64,000 bases of DNA, taken from NCBI GenBank assembly GCA_918797485.1, contig CAKKNE010000006.1, positions 1,860,001 to 1,924,000 of the forward strand. The letters run 5' to 3'. Below the pieces are notes generated by a model. It made no database searches and was not told the origin of the DNA. It worked only from the letters and a program-made list of their open reading frames with translations. Below, piece by piece: positions 48,176-59,500 of this stretch. This DNA comes from Pelagomonas calceolata. Lineage: Eukaryota. The position numbers were made by a program, and so were the translations under genes. Within the stretch, counting starts at the first letter, position 1. Every line of letters starts with the position of its first letter.

Positions 48176-51061
48176 ATGGAGTCGACGGACGAGGGGTCCT
48201 TGCCTACACACCATCGATTTGGAAGTGGGACTGCAGATGCTATAGTTGCTGGGCTGAAAGAAGAAAACTCACGATTGCGCGAGGGTTCGCTTCGGAGGCT
48301 TTATTCCATTGTTGACCGATGCTGGTCAGAGATCTCGGACGCGATACCCCTGATAGAAGAGCTCAGTGAAGACGATACCTTTAGATCGCATGAACTTGCC
48401 GCGGCAGTTGCGAGCAAGATATTTTTCCACCTTGAGGAGTATGATGATGCGCTCCGACTTGCTCTTGGAGCTGGAAATTTCTTTGACATTGATGCAAGGA
48501 CAGAGTATGTTGAGATGTTAATCTCAAAATGCATGGATACTTATATCCAGAATCATCAAAGCTCTCCCATCGGCATACAATCACATGACCTCGATCCACG
48601 TCTTGCCAATGTCATTGAACGCATGTTTCAACGTTGCTATGCTGATGGCAAATACTTTCACGCAGTAGGAGTGGCACTTGAAGCGCATCGTCTAAATAAG
48701 GTAGAGGAAATTGTAACTCGATGTCCACTGGGAGACCGACATGCTCTATTCTCTTACGTTTTGGAAGTTATTCCCTCTGTCACTGCTACCTGCGCATTTC
48801 GACAGCTAGTAGTTCGTACGTTAGTGACGCTGCATCCATTATTGCCGTCGCCTGATTACATATTTCTTTGCAGCGCACTTCAGTACCTTGGAGCTTCAAA
48901 TGAGGTTCAAGATCTTCTACTTAAGCTGGTCGATGGGAAAAATCACCACGAAACACTCCTCGGATACCAGCTCGCTTTCTTGATTGCTGAATCAGATAAT
49001 CATAGATTTATTTTTGACATTGTATCAAAACTGCGGGATCCTGCTGGCTCATCAACACTCAATGATTTACACCAAAATCATATATCCCACCTTATCCGAA
49101 TCATGGACACAGATGGTTTAGCTAGTAAAATATCCTTGGATTTTATGAGCACAAGGTCCCGAACTGACACTCTGATATTTAAGGCAATTAAGGAATCCAT
49201 TGACGGTAATCGAAACTCTGTGTTGCACAATGCAACAGTGATTTCGCACAGTTACGCAAACGCCAGCACAAAAGACACTGCGTTTTTGCGCAATAATTTG
49301 GATTGGATGGGCAAAGCATCAAATTGGGCAAAATTTATCGCCACCTCATCAATAGGAGTCATTCATCAAGGCCATGTGGAGGAGTCAATTCGCATCTTGC
49401 AACCTTACCTTCCGCAAACACCTGCATCTAACTCACCGTTTTCAGAGGGTGGTGCCTTGTATGCACTTGGCCTGATTCACGCAAATAAGGCGCAGTTGAG
49501 CACCTCAGCTGCGGTTTCGCGCCTGATAGATGCCTTGCATAGCTCAGGGAACTCCGAGCCATTGCAGCACGGGGCATGCCTTGGCCTTGGGTTGGCAGCA
49601 ATGTCAACTGGTAAGGCACAATACTATGATGAACTGCGTACTGTGCTCTACTTTGACTCCGCCATCGCAGGTGAAGCAGCTGCCTACGGTATTGGTTTAT
49701 TGTTACTAGGGCATGGTGACGAGACACTGCTTTCTCAGAATGCAATCTCGGAATTGTATTCATATGCGCATGAGACTTGTCATGAAAAGATCATCCGTGC
49801 AGTGGCACTTGCGATAAGCCTTATTGTTTGTGGAAAGGAAAAAGCCGCGGAAACAACTATTGAGATGCTATTGCGAGACAGAGATGCCATAATTCGGTAT
49901 GGGGGCATGCATGCAATTGGTCTGGCGTATGCCGGCACAGCCAATAATCAAGCTGTCAAACGTCTCCTTCATGTGGCAGTCTCTGACGTATCTGATGATG
50001 TCAGGCGTGCCGCAGTAACCTGCTTGGGTTTCGTCCTGTTTCGAAATCCAAAACGAATTTTAGCACTTGTGGGATTACTACTAGAAAGCTTCAATCCGCA
50101 TGTCCGGTATGGAGCATGCATGGCAATCGGACTTTCGCATCCGGCCTCAGGGGACGTTGATGCTATTGCATTACTTCAGCCCTTGCAGACGGATGCTATT
50201 GATTTTGTACGTCAGGGGGCTCTCATGGCAACAGCATTGGTAGTGATGCAACAATCCAGCGCGCAGGTGCATATGCTAGGTTCTTTCCGGAATAAAATCA
50301 CAGAACTTGTCAAAGACAAATACCCTTCAACACTCACAAAAGTAGGTGCAATCATAGCGGCAGGTATCATGGACGCTGGTGGTCGTAATTGTGCGGTGGC
50401 ATTGCAGTCCTCCAGTGGGTTTTTGAAACACAGTGCATGCGCGGGCATGGCTCTGTGGGTACAAAGTTGGTACTGGTATCCCATGTTTCACTTTTTTTCT
50501 CTAGCTTTAACGCCCACTGTCCTCATTGGTCTAAATTCAAATTTTGACATGCCCACTGATTTCTCTGTAATTTGTTCAGGATCTCCTGATTTGTTTGCAT
50601 ATCCTCCTCTGACAACAGAAAAACAAGAAACAAAGAAGGAACGAGTTGCAACTGCCATTCTCTCAACCACGTTGAAACACAAAGTGAGAGAAAAGGCAAA
50701 AGATAAACACAAGGCGTCTTCTTCAGCATCAGATCCAGATGCAACTTCAATCTCGTTGTCAAATGCAGATCTCACTAGCCCTCAAGAACCACTAGACGCT
50801 TGTGCTCAAGTCACTGTAGGAAGTTCGTTCAGGTTGTCAAATCCGTCGCGGTTAACTCAGATTCAGATGAAATCCTGCAAATTTGACCTGGAACAGCGTT
50901 TCGTTCCTGTTGCCACTACAATCAAAACGCATGGTATCATCATGCTTGCAGACCGAGAGCCCAGCACCATGCCTCAAATTACAAGGTTTCATGATTTCGC
51001 TCGGGCTGTCAATGAATCTGCTTTACCCACGGCATTCGAATGGCCATATGGACTGCTCTAA
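48176..51061 (+). CDS. RPN2: 26S proteasome regulatory subunit RPN2/PSMD1
   Basis: FLRNNLDWMGKASNWAKF, LLHVAVSDVSDDVRRAAV, NPHVRYG, DAGGRN; intronless, 961 aa. Confidence 0.97.
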   Translation: MESTDEGSLPTHHRFGSGTADAIVAGLKEENSRLREGSLRRLYSIVDRCWSEISDAIPLIEELSEDDTFRSHELAAAVASKIFFHLEEYDDALRLALGAGNFFDIDARTEYVEMLISKCMDTYIQNHQSSPIGIQSHDLDPRLANVIERMFQRCYADGKYFHAVGVALEAHRLNKVEEIVTRCPLGDRHALFSYVLEVIPSVTATCAFRQLVVRTLVTLHPLLPSPDYIFLCSALQYLGASNEVQDLLLKLVDGKNHHETLLGYQLAFLIAESDNHRFIFDIVSKLRDPAGSSTLNDLHQNHISHLIRIMDTDGLASKISLDFMSTRSRTDTLIFKAIKESIDGNRNSVLHNATVISHSYANASTKDTAFLRNNLDWMGKASNWAKFIATSSIGVIHQGHVEESIRILQPYLPQTPASNSPFSEGGALYALGLIHANKAQLSTSAAVSRLIDALHSSGNSEPLQHGACLGLGLAAMSTGKAQYYDELRTVLYFDSAIAGEAAAYGIGLLLLGHGDETLLSQNAISELYSYAHETCHEKIIRAVALAISLIVCGKEKAAETTIEMLLRDRDAIIRYGGMHAIGLAYAGTANNQAVKRLLHVAVSDVSDDVRRAAVTCLGFVLFRNPKRILALVGLLLESFNPHVRYGACMAIGLSHPASGDVDAIALLQPLQTDAIDFVRQGALMATALVVMQQSSAQVHMLGSFRNKITELVKDKYPSTLTKVGAIIAAGIMDAGGRNCAVALQSSSGFLKHSACAGMALWVQSWYWYPMFHFFSLALTPTVLIGLNSNFDMPTDFSVICSGSPDLFAYPPLTTEKQETKKERVATAILSTTLKHKVREKAKDKHKASSSASDPDATSISLSNADLTSPQEPLDACAQVTVGSSFRLSNPSRLTQIQMKSCKFDLEQRFVPVATTIKTHGIIMLADREPSTMPQITRFHDFARAVNESALPTAFEWPYGLL

Positions 51062-51346
51062 TCGCCTTTTTCTGGTGTGTCCCATGCGCCCGAATGACAT
51101 TGTGGGACACGGCACGAAACGCCACCTTGACGAACGTTGCGTGCGCCACTAGAATGCCCAGACCAAATCATCTTGCCCGCCAATCTCAGTCACGTCCAGC
51201 TCCAATATCAATTATCCGCTTACTAATTAGAGCTTCGTCCCTTTAGAGAGATCCTAGGGAGATCCATCAGTATGATATTTGGGGTTCCCGAAACTTCTGT
51301 GCGGCTCCGTGGTTTGGACCCCCGGGCCGAGATCCGCGAACAGTAG

Positions 51347-51443
51347 TATATGAGTTGTAGCCCTTTTTACATCAAAACGAACGTTCACGGGAAAACCCGT
51401 TCACTTTCCATTTTGATGAAAAAAGGGCCACAACTCAAATATA
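51347..51443. repeat. ~97-bp fold-back hairpin (tiny MITE or hairpin RNA)
   Basis: TATATGAGTTGTAGCCCTTTTTACATCAAAA...CGGG-AAAA-CCCG...TTTTGATGAAAAAAGGGCCACAACTCAAATATA. Confidence 0.75.
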
Positions 51444-52700
51444 TCGAGACCAAAATCCATGGTTCTGGGCGGTCGATTTTGGGGGTCTAATGATTTCTAG
51501 TATATTTCATGAATAGGGGGTTATTTCGAATATATAGTTGAGTTAGTCTCGCCATAGTGCGATGTCCCCTAATTTGAGATTGAGCTCCCTGCCACAGTGC
51601 CACTATCCGCGTGAGGCGGATGCACACGCGCGGCCGGGTCCCCGATGGGCTGCCAGATAGATCGCCTGAAGCGGCCGCACGAAACGCCACCGTGACTGGC
51701 GCGACATTCGCGGGCCAAAATTCCCAGATCAAATAGTTTCGCTTGCCCGTTTCGGTCAGGTCCTAGAGGGCCCCCTATTCTCGATTTGCCGGAGGCCAAG
51801 GCGTATAGTTATGGAAATATGGCAAATATAAATATTACTAGTCCCACTAGCCCTACCGATAAGGTTTGAGGGCGCTCTACGGCTAGCGCGGAGGCGCATT
51901 TGTGCCGCCAGCGCGTGTGGAGGTCCTAGGAACTTGTCCGCGCCTGGCGTAAAGAGCGCGCGTCGGAAGCTAGCCGCCTCGGCGGTCTGCGAGTGCCCAA
52001 AAGCTGGTGCTCTGCGAAGGCCCTAAATCGGCGCGCGACTGCGAACAGATCTCCAAATTGCTGGTAGAGAAGCGCCTGACCAACGCAAACAGCGATGCAC
52101 CTCCAGGAGTCCACCAGCTATCCGTCGCCACATGTCAACCCGCGCCGGTCGGGAGCATATTCGGTGAATGTCGATCGCGGGCCGCTTGGGCACCTATCGG
52201 CAAAATTTGACCGGTATGACGTACGTATGCATTCCAGCGGACGTTGGAATGACGCGCCGACGCGCCGCGCCAGTGGAAGGGACTTAAGGCCCGCGACGCC
52301 GACCGCGAGGAGTCGAACTCGTCCAAGACGGCCTTTAGGGCGCTAGGCGTATTATCATAGGCTATATTCGAATACCAGCGCGGGTGGTGGGTTGGGGGCA
52401 CTCTCTGGTGCAAGGAAAACCCGCACCACCCCCCTCGCGCACCGCTGGCCCTCCAAGACTACAGCCCCCCTATCGCGCGGGGTTTAGCTCTCCGTAGTGT
52501 CTCAGCTTCAACTCCCCCCCACGTCAACCTCAAGTTGAAGTAAGGGTAGTCATAGGTAGCCACGGACCCCCCTCAGACCTCCTCAAACTCACTCCTACTT
52601 CTGCTGGGTTCTTCCGGACGCTTTCAGACGTCTATCATAACGGTCAAGTAGGTCGAGTGGGAGGAAGTACCTACAAATATAAATAATAATAATTACCTAC

Positions 52701-52783
52701 AAATAAATAAATAAATAAACTTGAATAAATAAATAAATAAATAATTAAGGAAGGAATATCCTAAAGGAAAGGACATACCTAGG
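52701..52783 (-). mobile_element. Extreme 3'-end remnant of the same LINE family
   Basis: Reverse strand CCTAG...TTTAGG...CTTCCTTAATTATTTATTT resembles the 3' UTR and tail at 30356-30414. Confidence 0.5.
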
Positions 52784-53574
52784 TAGGTAATAATTAAGGG
52801 AGAACTCGGGGTTTGGATTGGGTTTGGTGTGACAAATTCATTCGGATTGGATTCGGGTTTGGATTGGGTTGGTTTGGATCGGGTTTGGTGTCACCCCCGT
52901 CCGGGCCCAAAATGTGCAATTCATTTTACGTCTAGTAGTATTACCTACCTGGGTAAGTTCCCTCCCGGGGCGCCCTAATCATCCTCGGATTCAGTCGTCC
53001 AACGCCGAAAATTGGAGTCCCGGTTCCCGTGGTTGCCAAGCCCCATTGGAGGTGTGTTCGCCATGCGCTTGGGCTATGTGCTTCGATGCCAGCGATAGTG
53101 AGGTGGCAGCCGTAGTGGTGGCAGTAGGGCACGCGATGCGGCCAAGAAAAACAGGCCTGACACGCCTGTAACGGGCCTCGTGAGGGCCCAGCGAAAAGAT
53201 TTTGCTGAACCAAGGCTGCCCGAGAAGGTACCGAAGCCAAGGTTCCGTCGCTGAGATCATGTGCGGCGCGCCGCGACAGAATGCATGCGCAAAAAAGACA
53301 TGGATAGGGTGCATGCGCAAATATCATAAGGAACACACACGTAGCGACGCCTCGCGCGTGCGTCAGCAGCAAAGCCCCGCTTCGCACACCTCAAAACCAA
53401 CGTACGGCCAATTCCTATGGGGCTACCCTACTCCCCTCATGAGTTCAAGTCCCTAGTCCTTAGCATAAGCACAACAACTTTTGCGACAAGACTCTCAAGT
53501 CCAGTATGTACCGGAATGTGGCAAGCTAGAGCGTCAATCTAACGCAGGGCAGGATTTCTCGTGCCAAGCTACTT

Positions 53575-56500
53575 TTACACATGCCCCGATCGCTTTTGCT
53601 CTACAGTAACTTGCCTGTTTTGTGAGCGCCAAGTTGGGGGCCATATTTGAGCAATCAAGACTTCATTATTGGAAATAACAGAAAGCGTAAAGTGACCCTC
53701 CATCTCAGCTTGGAAGGCGCCGACCAATATAACATAGACACCGCGATCTAGACAATCCACACAAGTCTCAATGACACGTTCGCGTCTTGCCCGGCCCGTC
53801 GAGCTAATTAAGTTGTTCTTTTCTAGCTTGGTGATACGATTGACACGCCTGTGATCTCGCCGTGTGGCACGGCAAATGTAGCTGGCTACAGGTAACATCG
53901 CGGCATGGCCTTTCGTGTGAACCTGCTTAACAGACACGCGCAGTGTGGTGGGTCGATGAATAACAACAGAGTATTGGGGGTTACGTTCAACCTCACAGCA
54001 TGGATTATGCCGTGAGGGGAGACCGGGCGCCGTGTTCTCACGATTGTCAGGATAACCACAACTCCACTCCCCAGATAAGCACTTTCTCTTCCAACACAAA
54101 GCATTTTCTGAATAGTAGTGGCATATAAAAATGCATCGGAATACACTACAAAACTCATCAAATGACATCCAGAATGTATGGGGCTCTAAGCCGTGAAATA
54201 ACTTGTTGCGCAGGCGTTTTGTCCAGAGAGTGGATGAGTGCGACCATGCACCTCTGAAAATGTCCCTGTGGCCAGCAGGGTTGCGCAGCTTGATCAATTT
54301 GTGCCTTTCCGGAAACACATCGATGATGTCATAAATAGTATATGTTGCTCCAAACATAAGTCCAGAGAGATGAAGCGACAATGCAGCATGCTCAGCTGGA
54401 ATAGCACCAGCCCCCAGAATGTAGTCACTTTGATGCGAGCGCAGGAGGTTACCCCAAAGTGCTCGTTTGCCAAAGCCACGAGAAGCCTGTGCGATGTGCA
54501 GGCACTCAGCACGATTTCCAGTGAATAGCTCAAGCCCTTGATGAACGAATCCACTCTCGATGGCACCATAGCTGCCATAGTATTTGGCGACACCCTTTTC
54601 TAGGAGGGACAGCCAAAGCTCAGCCATCTCAGAGACGTGTGCGATAGCAAAACCCGCACAGTCCTTGTAACGTTCTTTATAGGTCTCTAGTAAGATTGCA
54701 TCTAAAGAAGCAGCCACATCGAGCTTCAAATTTTGGTCGACGCAGTCAGGATACTGAAATGAGTTCCGTTCGCGCCCAAATGCGTCAAGGGCAACAAGTG
54801 CATCAATACCACTGCCACCTGAGCCATCGCCGAGCATTGGAAGCGCATCATCTACAACCACGGCTTCCCACTGACCGTTAGCAAATAATTGGAGGCCAAA
54901 TGCTCCGACGGCAGAGTCATATACGATGCTGCCTTCAAGATCAATCATGTTGATGAAGAGTTTTTTAATCTGAGCACCTGCGTCGGCATCATTTTTGACA
55001 CCAACCGTGGAGAGCATAGCGAGCACTGCAATAAGCCAATTATCATTGACACAGACCCCTGGGCGGACATCATCAGGTTCGCCGCCTTCCGCGAAGAGGA
55101 CAGCATGTGGATTAACCGAGAGGGCGTGATTCCATGTGCCAACAAAGTTGGCTCCAAAGCAGGGCCCCAACGTTGACGCGCTAGGCTGAAATTCAGGGTC
55201 AATAAACTGCAAAGTCCCTTTACGTGCTCTTGACGGATAACAGTCTGATTCACCTGCCTCGAGCTCTGCAAGGCGCTCACGGCAATTCCCCACCGTCTCC
55301 TCGTTATTCAGGAGCACATGCAGCTCATAAGACTTGCGCATGGGCTCATCTCCAGTTTCAATCGCAGGGTGCATGTTGCTTTCCCATTCCCTTTGAAGTA
55401 CAGTTACAAAGCGATTTTGATCCTCTGGCCTGAGAGACTCCAGCCAATTTGAGGTGCGCCTAGAGCGCCGAACTAAGCAAGCACTCATGCTCTTGGCGGC
55501 ATTCTCTTGCTCAGTGTAGGCGCGCATTTGGGAAAGTGCACGCGCAGCCACAATCTCTTCACGGTCTTGCTGGTCTACTTTCAATTCGTGATCTATCTGC
55601 TCTACGGTGAAATTGTCTTGTAGCAAGTAGAAGCGCTCACGTTGATCCTGGCTAAGAGACTGAAGCCAAGATGCAGCAAGTCGCATGTTGAGCATTGTGG
55701 AGTCGGGCGCTTGAAGCACCTTGCTTGGTGGTAAGATTCCATTGGAAATTAATTTGAAACGACTCTCACTAACAAACTTTCTGAAGGTAATCTGCTTGTG
55801 TGTCAAATGAGCATCGTTGGCTGTTATCACAAGGAAATGAAAGTGGGCCAGGGCCTTTAGCTCACCTGCAAAATGATTGCGGAAAGAGATATCAAGCTCG
55901 ATAAGTTGAATGATCGCCTGCATAGCCTCCATTTCCACAGTATCTTGCGCGACGACTCTTTGCCCCTCCTTATCAAAATCTCTGAGGCAATTGCACAAAA
56001 TCTTCAACTCCAAGCCGCGAAACATCCAAGCCGCAGATCCAATACAGCCAAAAGGGCCACGAGATGCGCATGTTTCTGCGAGAGCATCACGGTCGGTGTA
56101 GATGGCATCTGCGCGCCATACCGCTTGCTGTTCATCGCCGAGGGTAACTAGCCTCAATGCAAATTCTGCGACATCGATCCTCATTGCGATTGCCTGTGCC
56201 GATGACCTGAAATCAGAATGACCTGTGCTGATTGGTTCACTCTCTGTCGTCTTTGAATTGCTGTGTCCCTGAGAATTGACTTCATGCTGACCTTCAGGAC
56301 CATCCCATTCATCACAACGAACTTCAAATTTTGATGCCTCTGCGCAAATATCCTCCTCATGTCTACGCAACGTCGCTAGGGCGGCATCTACAAAAATATC
56401 CGAGGAAGGATACGAGGCGACGACGCCCATTTTCAGGGGCACTTGTGAGCAGGCATTGGTAGAGACTGAAACAAAAAGCGAGATGAAGAAAAAGAAAAGA

Positions 56501-59500
56501 GTGGTCCCAATGGAAATACATTGGCTGAAGCAAGCCAGAGCTGCAGTCCAACACACCCCTATTCCACAAAACAGGACACACCGGACAGTGAGACGCGTTT
56601 CATCTACTAGAATACCATTCTGTGCTGAATATGAGTATACCGGAAAGAGAGTAGGAGCGAACCAATATACTCGATCTGTATCTAGGTGGACCAGGTCCAA
56701 TATCTTTATAATGCATTTGCACAGCTGTAGCACGAAAACCACTGAGAGAATCAGTATAGATGACGAACCAGTGAAAACAACAACACACAAGATCAGTACA
56801 ATGCAAACACTGCGGATCGCGATGTCTGATGAGCGCAACAGATTTGGCGGTAGATAAAAGGCGTTCTCTGCCCATTTGCATATAAAGTATGATGCGCCCG
56901 CAAACCATAGCAAAGTAAAGCAGCACGCTAGTGCCATTGCCGGTGAGCTCCAGAGATAGATTTGGGCCAACATGAAAAAAACAAGTAAGTAATTCGCTAT
57001 CTGCACCAAACCCAAGTAGAGTCTGCGGAAAATAGGCGACACGCAAAAATTTCCTGAGTTCGATTTCCTCTTGTGTGACTCATTCAATTCTGGATTGCCC
57101 CAGATTGAACCTGGATCTTTGCAGCCGTGGTCAACCCAAGCTATTACTTGATAGAGGTTATACAGGCCCACCGGGTACAGGACAAGCGTATCAATAAGCC
57201 ACATTGCTTCAACAACGTCAATTCGCCCATCTAACCAGGCTTTGTATGCCCACCCTAATGTGCCGGCAAATAGCAAATATCCGACCAAGCTGGCAAAAAT
57301 CATGTTGCGCTCAGCTTTGTAGGTTTTGAACCATTTTATTATAGGAGAGATAGTGAGAAATAGAAACGTGTTCACTGTCCAGAGAAGGTGACCAACGTAC
57401 GGAGGATATGCAATATGTGAAAGTAGACCGCCTAGAACCATGACCAGAAGAGGCACAAGGACGACACAAGTCACAGTGATATATTCATCTTGGAGGAGGC
57501 AACCTGTCAGAACAGCCTCCCACAACGGGACCTGAAACCAAACCTGGTCTGCTGTTTGCCAAGCGTAAGTTTCATTGGTCATACTTTTACATATAAGCCC
57601 AGTGCAGTGAGTACAAATTTCCATCAAGGTAAGATTTGGTAGTGATTTGGATTCCTTGCGTTTGTGAGAATCATCACTGAGGCTCCGTTTTAGTTTAGTG
57701 ACACGACATGCATGTAAGCCAGTTTCAATTACTTTTCGCCGCTGAGGCAATGTATCAACAGGGGGGGAGTACAGCCGCCTTGACGAGAATGCGCGCTGCT
57801 TGATGATAGATTTTGGCGGCAGAACCGGCATTTGAACAGTAGGAGAGCATTCGGCATGCTGATTCTCATTTCGGACTTGTACGACATGCGGCATTTGAAG
57901 AGTTCTCAAAGTTTTGACGCCACCCGATCCCTTCTGGGGTTTGTTCATCATTGCCTGTAGTACTTCAAAGGCCAGTTTTGACTCGGAATCATCTACTTCG
58001 GGAACGTCTTCAGTGGCAGGTGGCCAGATGACGACCTCACAATCATTGGCTAGCCAAATCGAAAAGGCACGTAAAGAAATGATGACACAGAGCGGACCAA
58101 GGGCAAAAACAGCAAGGGCAGCAGGCGCCTCCGTAGCTCCCCACAACAGTAAGCCCACTGCAATGAGACATAGATACGCAAGACTTGCCAATATTTTGGG
58201 TAAGTTGAATGATGGAGTGATAACATATGCCATAGCTGCACCACCCATCAGCAGACTTTGAGTATCAAGGTAGGCTGCTCGGACATGGCCATGTATTGAG
58301 CCGGCAAATGCAACAAATAGCCAGACCACAATTGGTATAACGCGAGAAGGGAGCTCTGCACGATCACCAAAGCGCAAGAGTGGCAAAGATAGTCCAGGTG
58401 GGTTTGCGTACTCGGCAACCGAAGTGATAACAAACAGCGCTGCTGTCAACACCAACAAAGCACACTCTGGCGTACTAGCTACATCAAAGGAGGGCGGGTG
58501 AACAACTTTTGGCATCTTATTTCTTGTCGCAAGGAAAATCATACTGCAGGCTTCTAGATGATCAATATACGGCAGGCGTTTGTTCACAATATTGCGCAGT
58601 AGAGATATTCCATATACACAGTACACCATAGATATACCAAGAACCCAAAATCGTGTATCGATGAGGACGACAATTGCACGTGAAGCAATCATGAGATGAA
58701 CTGTTTTACTTGGTGACCAGCGGGCACAATCAAGGTCAAGATTAGAACTGATGGTGTCAGTCAAACTAAAAAAGAGGGCATAAACTAGTGCTAGGTATCC
58801 TTTTGTAGTCAGCATGAAAGCACCAACGACAAGCATAAGAAGCACTAGTCGAGATGCTGTGCGGAGTAATGCACAACGCACCGCAGCCATCTCTCTTGAA
58901 TTCAAACAATTGCTGAACCCGCAGAGATGCCCTGCAATATCGGGTACGAAATCAAAATAAGGCGAAGACGACGAAGCACTATAACATTCCTTCATCAGCC
59001 AGTAGTCGTGTTTTGCACCATCGGGGTGCTTTGATTCAATAATAGTTGCCGCATTCGTAAGTGCACGCACGAGGTCACTTTTTGCGCGACAGATATCTGC
59101 ATTGAATTCCATGACTTCCAGGGTGAATGGGATGAGCCCCAAAGCGAGAAAGACCGTTGCGAATGAGAGGAAGTCAATCTCTTGTTCGGCATTATCATTT
59201 GCTAGTGAAGGACCGAACACAACAATGACAAATAGGAAGCCAAATGTACACGTCACACTACACACCAAAGCACTCAAGATAGCTCGCGTGAGACGCCATC
59301 GCTCAAGTTTCCAAAGAGCGAGAGCAAATCCAAGTGACTGAATGGCAGTGCCAACGAACATTATGAAAAGTCCCAAGTGTGGCGGTCGCACGGTCATGGT
59401 AATGATGATGCCGCACGTCCAGAAGACAATCCAGGGCACTGCAAGCATGTTTAATGCGCAGCGTGTTGCCCAGTAGTAGTTGTGGCGAAACTCGCAATTG

